DNA from: Amphiscolops sp. MND2022
Lineage: Eukaryota
Length of the DNA stretch: 64,000 nt
Direction: 5' to 3'
NCBI GenBank assembly: GCA_964187785.1
Contig: OZ076409.1
Location: forward strand, 59,336,001-59,400,000
In this document: positions 1 to 9,659 of the stretch, one piece after another
How positions within the stretch are numbered: the stretch's first letter is position 1
Layout: the number at the start of each line of letters is the position of its first letter
Position numbers and translations under genes: made by a program
Notes under the pieces: model-generated
The model's database searches: none
What the model was told of the DNA's origin: nothing
The model's input: only the letters and a program-made list of their open reading frames with translations

Positions 1-853
1 CAAGTCCTGGAAGCCATCTTTGAAACGAAAACAAAACCCGGCAGACCAAAATGTTGGTAAAAAGGAAGAGAAAATACTGACTACGTTATTCATGAACCAT
101 TCAAAGAAGTCTTTAACGGAACTTTTACGACATCTTAAGCCAGAAAACATTTGTTACACTAACCCAGTGCTAAAAATACGGCTGAAAAATAGCCTTTAAG
201 CAAGAGTAGCGTTTAGGAAACTGTTTTTGACCCGACGGCATCGACTTCTTTGGAAAAAATTGGCATCGGATATCGTCCTAAAACCGACAACTTCTTGGAA
301 AACATCAATTTTTCAGTTGAAACATCTAATGGCAGAAAAGGACTGGCAAAAGTGTCGAAAACATTAGTGCCCTCTGTTACTTTTTTCTTACAAGGTGTTT
401 TTCTTCCCAACATCTTCCTTGGCAAAATATTCCAACAAGACGATGCTCCTGCCCATACAGCCACGTTAACAAAAACAATGATGTTCGAAATTGATGTAGA
501 AAATTGGGCGGCTGTGTCTTCAGACCGCAATATTATTGAGCATTTATGGAGTTTTATGAAACAAAAAATCTCTAAAACGAAGCCGAGTACTGTGGACGTA
601 CTTTGGTGCTCTTGCAAAGAAAAATTTCGGGAACTTCTGCAAGATTTCATTGAAATTCTTCATGGGTCTATTCCCAGAAGACTAAATTAAGTATTACGCA
701 GAAAAGGTAAGAACAATGAATAATTGACGACTTCTTGATGTTATATTTGTAACATGTTGTGGTTTTGTTAGTTGTTGATTACATATTTCAAAAGTTTTCT
801 GTCTTTCCAAATTTTTTCCTAACTAGGAGTTCTATTCTTCTATCACAGGACTG
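1..853 (+). mobile_element. Decayed Tc1-like DNA transposon, 3' part (left end outside window)
   Basis: ORF 250-690 contains Tc1 catalytic-region motifs FQQDDAPAH, NW..SSDRNIIEHLW and C-terminal SIPRRL; ends in ...ATCACAGGACTG followed by TA (854-855), as expected for a CAGT-starting TIR and TA target site. Confidence 0.8.
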
Positions 854-2289
854 TATAGAACAGTCAAAACAAACTAAATACCAGCGAAAACGACCGGAAT
901 GTAAAACCCGCCTCATGTTTCCAAAGTTATCAGAGAAAATATACCGGTGCTCAGCAACCGTCTAATTCTGATGTCTTATGTATAGAATACAAGAAAATTG
1001 AGATGATAAAAAAGTACAGTGCGTAACCAGTACAATTAAACAAAAACGTCTTGGGTAAACGCATGCATAAAATGTCAAGAAAATAGTCTACGGTTTTTTA
1101 CCATCATTCATCTCTCAAGAACTCTTTAACTCTTTTTAACATCGTTTATGAACCTGTGCAAAAGTTTGAACTTTTAAGTGACACTTTTCCAAAATAGGTC
1201 AATTTGGCGCCACAAACGATCAAAAATTGGTTTTTCTAGTCGATGAAAGAATAAAAACTGAGATTGAATCATAGAAGAGCATTACTGCTAATTGGAACTA
1301 GATAGTAATTATCGTTTTAAATGGTAGTTCTGTCTTGAGAACTGTTCGATTGAAAACCATTGAAATCACCAGTTTGAACTCTAGCATTTTCGTCGCCAGA
1401 ACTACCGTCATTGGTATTTACCTTCTTATAAAGTTTGTTGCACTCAGCTTACCTATTAAAAGTCGTAGTTGAAATCTTTGAAACGGTTCAGGTAGAATTT
1501 TCCATATTTGACAACGTAAAGTTTCACGTTGTCGCTTTCAGGAAAAACATCTGTTTCGAAGACATCAGACAGATTTGGCCGAAGTGGCAATTTGAACTTC
1601 AATCAATAAATTGTCATACAAATTCCAAGTTGTTCAGCAAAAGCAGCTTGAAAAGTGTTGCGCACTTTTTGAATGACGGCTCATTTCAGACTCACACTTC
1701 GTTTTGTTACGCAATTTGATGTTTTGTTCACTTATGTTTGGTTCTTGAGAAAGTAAATTGAAACTTGTTTTTAAAATAAATAATTATATAATCCAAAAAA
1801 TAAATAATTAGTAAAACGTAATTTTTAAAATAATGTTTATTTGGATAATCAATACGGTAAACTTTAGTAAATGTAGTTTATTTTGTTAGATTTTCAATAA
1901 ATACGACTATCTTTTTGGGATGTGGTAATACGACGAAATTTCTCACGGCGAAAATTCGTTCGACAAAATTAACGCCCTCCATCAATTTCCACCTTTCAAT
2001 CATACATAGAAAATGCAAAGTTACTTTCGCAGCCAGCGTTTACCACGTATGTAAATGTTACGGACTTCACTAAGGGGTAATACTATTAGGTGTTTCTATT
2101 ATTTCCCTTTTAACTCCCACTAGTTCCTGATTTTAGAACTTGGATTAACGCTTTTTATTATTAGGAAGGATCCAATTCCAATTCCATTTAATTATTAAAA
2201 AATAATTATTTAGATCTCATTGGTTATTATTGTATTATCAGAAGGCTTTCAAGCTTTTCGTTTTTATTTGAGTCATATTATTCTTCTAT

Positions 2290-4186
2290 TGTTGTAACGG
2301 CAAGCTGTTATCGGTCGCTTAACACGTTAACAGAGTTGGAGGAACCTGCAGAAATGGTAAACCGCTCGGGACAGGCGCCCATAGCCACAGATCCTTTTTG
2401 TCTCCAGGGTGCTTTGACGAAAACTGTCCAACCGGTCCTAGTCTTTGATTGCTAATAGTAACGGGCATCTTCCTGACTCTCTAAAGACTACCGCTTAACT
2501 AGCACATAAAAACAATGCTAAGAATAAGGTAAATTTCCAATTCCAGGGTGACATGGGGAATAAGTTCTAAAATGGGTAATAGGGTCTAAAACTGTCAAAA
2601 CTAGGGCTCCAGCTAGCTAAAACCAGTGAAAATACTTCAGAACAGGTACGAATATGGCAAACCACACAGCTAAAACCTGGGGCGCCGGGACTCCAAGCAC
2701 CAAATAAGGAGAATTAAGCTACAAGACTTATTTTGCTGGTTTCCGCTACATAAGGTAGCATAATGCTAAACTTTAATGAAAACCAGGGGGGTTAGCACCT
2801 GAAAAAGAGTCTTTTTCTAGAGTTTTTCTAAGTCCTCAAGCTGTTTCATTCTCGGTGTTCTCGCTCCGTCTTGATCGGTCCTCGTTTTCCATTGGAAATG
2901 GCAAAAACAGCGAAAAGGGCAATCACATGGTCAGTGCCACGTCACACATCGAATTAGAATTTTTGACAACATTTCTGAACATGTCGAAGTTGCAAAATTG
3001 CTGTACCAGAGGGTTCCGTTGCATCACTCCCCGAGCTTTAGACATGACGTCCCTGTCAAGCGGAGAAGCTGGAAACGTCTCCATATCAGCATTGCAATCC
3101 ACTGGGAGTTCCAACTGAAGTTGCAAGGCTACAGTGGCACTGTCAACTTTAGCTGATTGGGCAACCTTGAGGTCTTGCTTCATACCATCCACAGAGCCTG
3201 CATCGTTCACAAACTGTTGAAACAGAGCTAGCCCTTGAGCTAGAAAACAAGTTCTCAAAAATGCACCTTGAAATTGGTCAAATCCCAAATTTTCATACAT
3301 CAATCTAGGAGCACCAATTTGTTAGCACGAGTTTTCTGCACCAAATTTGCACAGGATCTTTCTAGCACAATGGTTTTTTGGACGTCTAAAATTTTTTTGA
3401 CGGAGCCCTCAAGCTTCGAAGCGCACGTGGTTCTCAGCAAAAAAGTCATCCATTGAATTATCTGTTTGCTGCAAAGTTTAAAGATGTTCTTGATAAAACT
3501 TCTTTTCAGCGGAAAAACCACTGTTTAAAAGGTAGACAAGCTGCTTCTTTTCATACTTTCTTGTTCAGAGTTCAGCTTGATTTGGACAACACGCGCTGAT
3601 GTGCAGCTTCATACCTGACTAGAGTTCAGTAGCATCTGTTAAAGAGCGCATAAGAAAACGAACTGCCCGTGAGAGGTAGCACTGGTGTATGGAAGGCAAA
3701 ATTTGACAAAATCCTGCAATTTAGATACCTGGAGCCCGCGAGCTTCATATTTTGTTGAATATCACGTTGAAACCTGGAAGAAAACACTGTAAAACTTACG
3801 CAAAAACTTACGCGGAACTTTACGCAAAAGCGAAAATAGCACCTTTCGGGCGAAGCGATAAATGTAGAGTTTTTGGGTTAAATATGCAGCGTTTACATGA
3901 CTGAAAATATCTGCTTTGAAAACAATAAGTGCTTTGAAACAATCACTGCTTGAAAAGAGCCTCTGGCTGCCAAGTGTCCATTACCACACGTAGCGATATT
4001 CTCTGGAAGTTGCTCATTCGAGTGGTGGAGTTGAGGGGTGTTTTTATCTTCAACTGGGGCTCCCCGGGCCTTATTCGACACCCCGGGCTTTAGTCATCGA
4101 GCACCCTCTTTGATATGAGGATAGCAATGACCATCTGAAGATACAAGAGGAAGAATTGGGCGTTGGCGACATGGGCGTTGACGACA
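2290..4186 (-). mobile_element. Candidate ~1.9-kb 3' LTR of a truncated LTR retrotransposon
   Basis: On the minus strand a purine tract AAGGGGGAGGGGG is followed after 1 nt by TGTCGTCAACG; the far end reads CGTTACAACA, giving TG...CA termini with an imperfect inverted repeat (TGTCGTCAACG / TGTTGTAACG). The block is GC-richer than its flanks. No partner LTR in the window. Confidence 0.6.
2923..3612 (-). pseudogene. Decayed reading frame of unknown family inside the candidate LTR
   Basis: ORF 3303-2923 extends upstream in the same frame to an ATG at 3612 through four stop codons (MKLHISACC...KKQLVYLLNSGFSAEKKFYQEHL*TLQQTDNSMDDFFAENHVRFEA*...*QIGAPRLMYENLGFDQFQGAFLRTCFL...). No recognised domain. 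Confidence 0.45.
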
Positions 4187-4187
4187 A

Positions 4188-4200
4188 CCCCCTCCCCCTT
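4188..4200 (-). other. Polypurine tract (plus-strand primer site) of the truncated LTR element
   Basis: AAGGGGGAGGGGG on the minus strand directly upstream of TGT at 4186. Confidence 0.6.
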
Positions 4201-4333
4201 GAAAAGATGTGGAGTGTGGTTTGGAATGTGTAGGCGGTATCATCCGGTAGCAACGCGTGCTACCAAAAGGACGTATCAAGCAAGAAAATCAGGAACTGAA
4301 ATTGAAAATAAACAAAAGGATAGAACTCTAAAA

Positions 4334-4693
4334 TTAGGCGATGCCAGGAAACTGTCCAATGCTGGCAGTAGAGACATAGACGCGATCATGCAGAACAACA
4401 GTGAAGCCAGTTGCTGTGATAACGTCCATGACACTATGATAGAAATTGTCCAAGCTGCGAAGTTGGCACTCAGTGTCCACTATAGGGAAGTGAATATCAG
4501 GGGTTCCATTGGACAACAATGAAGCTTTCAAATGTTCCAAGCAGAGGAAGAAATCATCGGTAATTTGGGGTGCACGCTGGGAGGGGCGTGTTATCAGCGG
4601 GTGAGCAATCTGGTTATCTATGAAAGATGAGGCACAGAATATATTGCTCGCAATGATTTGGCAGGGAATGCCATTCAAACAACGATCTTGCAA
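4334..4693 (-). pseudogene. Divergent macrodomain-like (TARG1/OARD1-type) ORF remnant in retroelement 3' region
   Basis: HPLITRPSQRAPQITDDFFLCLEHLKASLLSNGTPDIHFPIV...VMDVITATGFTVVLH aligns by eye without gaps to the recalled C-terminal half of human OARD1 ([42 protein letters not shown]...IEEVFEATDIKITVY). The 5' part is interrupted by a stop. Confidence 0.55.
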
Positions 4694-5318
4694 AGTTCTT
4701 CCGAAGAGTCACAAAAAATAGTTAACTGTATATCATAGAGGCGGCAGTGTATGAATATATAAATGATATTAATAGAGTGTATATGAAGGAATAATTGCGT
4801 TTTTAGATAATTTTCCTGGTTTGTGGCCTGGGCATTGACTAAAGAAGACTTCCACCAAAGTTGTTTTCCGCCGCGAATATTTCAGTCTCCATGAGCGTGG
4901 CTGATTAACAGCAAAAACTGTACAACGAAGAAAAGAAAAAGAAAAAATTTTCCGTGAAAAGTGAAAGAAAAGTCAAACACGGGAGTCTGTCCCTCTGAGA
5001 TGTTTCTCCGAAGTAATATCTTTCAGAAAATTTCAACAACGAACCCTTGGAAGAATTTTTCGAAAAGACGTTTCTGAACAAAAGAAAAATTCCTGGTGAT
5101 CGATTTTGCTTTAAAATGATGAGAAAAATATACTGTATTTAAGAGTCCTTCGAATGGAGATTCCCTCGTGAGCAAACACCGACTATAAGAGTGGCTGGTT
5201 TAAAGACCGTCGCACTGGCGCACTTCTACAGGTGTTAAAAATGTTAACTAATTTTTCAACTTGCTGCCGTTTTTTGGACTAGTAGTAAATGAGGACTCCG
5301 AACTTTCCATTTACTCGC

Positions 5319-6090
5319 TTTTAGTCGGTGCTCTCGGGGAAAATGCAGACAATAGTAATAGCTTCTCTTTTTTAGTTCGCTCTTCTTGAAAAAGATCAGA
5401 CTCTTACAGTGGCAAATTTTTTCTTCAGTCACCCTGTAACGTCCACTTTCATGACTTTTATAAATTTGCTCCCACCTGTTGGCTTAGTGATTAACGCAGA
5501 TTACCGGGTGTGGTGACGATGCCTGAGCAGCAGGAATTCGAGGGTTCGAGTCATTCACTAAGCGAAACGTTTTTGCCAGCAAAGGTTCAGGAAAGACCAA
5601 AGAGTCATCCTTTTGCCCTTTTTTCAGCACTGTGTGGCTTTTTTTCTGAATTGTCCATCGAAGCCCCTAATTGTTTTAGAAACAACATGTTTCGCGAGAA
5701 TGAAGGCCCTTAAAAATCTTTCTGCACTATACAACTTACGGAAAAATGTTCCAACCCAATTTTTAGTTTTTTGGGTGAGAAAAATTGTTTTCGGAATGTT
5801 AAGGGTGGCCTCTTTGATGTTTTCGGTCCTGTGTTACTGATGAGTTTTTTCCATGATTGTAGAGAAGACATATAATTTTTTCGGAACTGTGTAACTCTTT
5901 TTCAAAAATTAAGTTTCTGATTTTTCGAAATCAGGAAAAAGCGGTTTTGGAGTCTTACATGCTTTTTTTTGGTTTTGTCCATTAGAGTTTTTTAAAAAAA
6001 ACTTTCAGAATATTGTGTCCCTTTGCATAGTTATCGCACTTTACTCTCTCTGAACCATTAGCGAGGCTCCGACTTGGGTAGTTCCTTGTT
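5319..6090 (+). mobile_element. Helentron-associated non-autonomous element (HINE/DINE-1-like), diverged copy
   Basis: Starts TTTTAGTCGGTGC and ends ...CTCCGACTTGGGTAGTTCCTTGTT, matching the family termini; carries a tRNA-like module at 5480-5563. Confidence 0.55.
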
Positions 6091-6263
6091 TTCTCGTTAA
6101 TTATAACTTCATGTAAAGGAAACCATTTTTTTCAAATTTTTCGTTTTGGTTGTTGGTTTTTGAAGTGCATGAAAATAATCACAATTTCTACCCAATTTAC
6201 GTAAAACGGTTCAACACGTGAATAGTTGTAATGGGTACAATTGGAAACTTATAGATTTGAACG

Positions 6264-6782
6264 TTTTTTAGTCGGCGCTTTTCGAAGAAAAACGCAGACT
6301 ATAGTAGTGACTTCTTTTTTTTTAAGACCAACGAACTGACAGATTTTATAAATTTTATAAGTTGGCACTAAACCGGCACTAACACTAAACTGTGTCACAC
6401 TACTTCACTGCCACTTGGCCACTACGGCTTTTTCGAGGTCTGACAAGCAGAATGACATGGGTTCGAGTCCCGCCATGACCAAAATTTTTTGTGCAAATTT
6501 TTTTCGGTTTTGTGAGACTTTTTTTGCAAATATCTCCAAAAGGTCCACCCTTCATTTTTTTTGTCTATTTTGCAAAAGAATGGATGTTAAAAAACTTCCA
6601 AAGGGCCCCATTTTACTTGTTTCGGCACTATGCGACTTACGGGAGACCAAAAAAAATTAAAAAATTTAAAAAAAATCGGATTTTTTTTCAATTTTTCCTC
6701 AAACGGGTACTGTAGAAGAAAATACTTGACACTTTGAAGTTCTTTTGTTATTTTTGAGCCGTAGATATGGCGCCGACTTGTT
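6264..6782 (+). mobile_element. HINE/DINE-1-like element
   Basis: 5' TTTTTAGTCGGCGC; 3' TTTTGAGCCGTAGATATGGCGCCGACTTGTT (subTIR present, terminal hairpin deleted). Confidence 0.7.
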
Positions 6783-6926
6783 TCAGTAAGTAGTTGTTTT
6801 GTGTTCGAACTTTCTCGATCTTTATACACACAAAAAAAATTTACACCGGAGTTGACAAGCATTCCGGAAGTAGTTTTCTTCAAAAAATTTTGACAAAATG
6901 TAAAGTTTTAAATAACCATTTGACCA

Positions 6927-7467
6927 TTTTTAGTCTGCGTTTTCGTCAAAGAAAATGCACGACTCTTACAGTGGCTAGTTTTTTCGTCAGTCCACTTTTT
7001 TGTTCATTTGTTCAACATCATCAACTTGAGCAACGGACGTCCAAAACATACTCGAAACCCCAGAACCTCCTACAAAACGAAAACATCGACGTCCAGAACC
7101 TCGAAAACATAGGATCCACCTTTGGTGTTTTTCACTCGGATTTTTTTCGGCACTATGCGACTTTTTTGAATTTTTTTTTATTCCACCAAAGGGTCTCCCC
7201 TTCGTTTGTTTTTCGTTGGTTTCGATATTTTGCAACACAATGGATGTCAAAAAAATCCCAAAGGGCCCCCTTTTACATTTTTCGGCACTGTGACACTGTT
7301 CAAAAACCTCATTTCAAAATATTTTTAAATTTTTTAAAAGCTCCCAAGGATCCCCCTTTCATTTTTTTCATATTTTGCAACCAACTGGAGTTTCACAAAG
7401 CCCCAAGGGTCCCCTTGTACAATTTTGAGCATGAGATATAAAGCCGTCTTTGGCCGTCCGGCTTGTT
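6927..7467 (+). mobile_element. HINE/DINE-1-like element
   Basis: Colinear with the 44507-45055 copy along its length; ends TTTGGCCGTCCGGCTTGTT. Confidence 0.75.
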
Positions 7468-8401
7468 CGAGTTTATGTTTGTAAAACTATCAGCATCCAT
7501 GTGTCTCTGAAGAATCCTATTATTGTTGTTACTAAAGCAAAAACATTGAGAAGTGGCTGTAAAACGTTTCCGGGAAACTTTTACAAAAGATTGGCTGACA
7601 AAACCGACGAAATCAAACGGCACAAAAATTTGTACCCATTTTTGAAAAATTGAATTGAGTTTTAACTAAATTGCGGTTGAGACAACTAGCAACACGTGAA
7701 AACAAGCAACATGTCGTAATACTATGGTGCTACGATTGCGGTACGATCACGATTCATATTACGATTGTCTGATGTCGTAGTAACATCTTATTACGAAATG
7801 TGTGAAAGAGTTCGAACACAGTCTCCGTGACGCACGTCAGAAACTCAAAAGGATCACGTCAACTTCAAGCTCTTTTTAGACCAGTATGTGTCATTTATTC
7901 AACTTACTGCGATTTGTAGTAGAAGATCCTTGATAGATAGCATCTTGCTACAGTTTTACTGCAATATTCGTGATAGAGCCTTGAGGGTCAATCTGGGATC
8001 ACCCGAAACTTTGTTTTTTTTATTTAACTGCTTATTCGACTTCCACGTTGCAGAATTGGGGAAAAGAACTTTTTTCTTCCTCTATTGTAAATAAAGTATC
8101 TCCAGGACGACGACCAAGCACTTGGATATTTTTCGTCCTATTTCTTATTATTACCAATGTCACAGGCTAGAGCCTGTGTTGGGTCCGTGTTGCAGCGATG
8201 AGGGCAAATGTCTCTCGCATCTTCAAAGAGACTATTCAAAAACTTATTATCCCATGAGACTCATTTGTTGAAAACTTATACATACCTTTTGTATACCAGC
8301 AATATTCAGATTAATTTGCCACTACTGCTAACTACACTTGCTAAACAATGTTCACTCATAAATAATTCACTAAGTGTTGCTTGGCGCTAGCATATTTAAC
8401 A

Positions 8402-9659
8402 TGTAATAGCACTTTGTGTGAATTTTTGAGAAATGAATAAATTATGCGAGAATCCTGATAACTCCTAAAGCATTCGGACTTAAACATTCGTACCAGATGC
8501 CGTACAACACTTGCAGCATACTACAGTATAATTTTACTCTTCATGTATTTTTTGAATAAAATATTTGGCAGTATGACTCATCATATTGATCTCATTGAGT
8601 GTGCAGTGCTATGTTGAAATCATCATTTGTATTAGTAATGATTCATGCTACAAGTTGCTGTTAACTTCATAGATGATGAATACGTTGGTACAGTTAAAAT
8701 GCTGTGTTTGGCGGCCAATCAAAGCGAAGTAAAATTAGTCATGCAAGCATCTATTTATAAAAATAACGTAATGTGCAACCCTATTTTATATTAAATCGAG
8801 TACTATTTTTAGTAATTAGATAATAATGATGTTAGCTTGACACTCCAAAAATTGGTTGTCATGTTGCTAAATTTAGCCCAAATAAAAAGCAGAAAAAAGA
8901 GCTCATAAAAGAATCATTCAACGAAAAACTTTCAGACCGATCAGACCTTCTTTCCATTCCCTCAATCTTTGTTCTAACTTCAATAACCTAACATTATGTG
9001 CATTTTTCTTCAACTTTATTTCAACTCCGTTCTACTTTGAGATCATCATCCTAATGGAAAGTCTTCTCTCCAAAACAGCATTTTAACCTGACTAAAAAGG
9101 GTAACAAGAGAAATAAAAGATCTAGACGGGGACAATCACCCTCGCTTGAGAGAGAGTTGAGCACATCCGAAATAGAAACATCAGAAGTAATGAAACTGTT
9201 ATCGAAACTTTAACTAACTTTGAAAATGTTAGTTCAGTTAGGAACGATGGAGCAGTATTAGATAGCGGAACGCAGAATGAAAAAGAAATGCAAATCTGGA
9301 CCCAAAGAATATATGATAAGACAAATAAAGAAGTAGCAAACTTAAGGAAAGAAATGGATGAGAAACTAGAGAAAGTGCTGAAAGAGATGAAAAATAGCAG
9401 AAGAACACAATCCGTACCAAGCAGGAGATATCAAGAGCGAAACACCCCAGAGCGGGAACCTCAAAATACATAGATAACGAAGGCGGTGAAGAAAACGCAT
9501 CTGAGCCGGAAAATCAGGAAAGTGAAATACAGGATAATCCTTTCAGGCTATCTAACATGAATGAACTTGGAACGCCAATACAACCTCCGAGTATGCAAAG
9601 CATTGATTTAAATGACTCTGTGGTCATAAATGAGGACCGCACAGGAGAGGATTATCACA
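8402..9659 (+). mobile_element. Solo LTR (~1.26 kb) of an LTR retrotransposon
   Basis: Termini TGTAATAG...TTATCACA (imperfect inverted repeat) flanked by a 4-bp direct repeat AACA (8398-8401, 9660-9663); TATA-like TATTTATAAAA near 8752. Confidence 0.65.
9088..9659 (+). pseudogene. Gag-N-terminus-like coiled-coil reading frame within the solo LTR, two frameshifts
   Basis: Reconstructs as (M)TKKGNKRNKRSRRGQSPSLERE...EMQIWTQRIYDKTNKEVANLRKEMDEKLEKVLKEMKNSRR...IQDNPFRLSNMNELGTP...NEDRTGEDYH, open up to the terminal CA; frameshifts near 9187 and 9449. Confidence 0.55.

Noticed and set aside
1200..1760. Similarity to 10920-11070 and 25140-25380 (also 7750-7870 to 55430-55540)
   Set aside because: Old dispersed repeat fragments with no definable termini or coding capacity.
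6415..6480. Bona fide tRNA gene
   Set aside because: Only a B-box/T-arm is recognisable; no acceptor stem, D arm or anticodon arm.
6415..7653. Phe/Lys-rich ORFs up to 215 aa (similar ones at 18765-19455, 33365-33998, 44609-45151)
   Set aside because: Chance frames through A/T-tract-rich HINE repeats; frames not conserved between copies.
8349..9659. Alternative solo-LTR start at 8349 with 5-bp AACAA repeat
   Set aside because: TGTTCACT matches the right terminus poorly, whereas TGTAATAG at 8402 matches 6 of 8; less favoured but not excluded.
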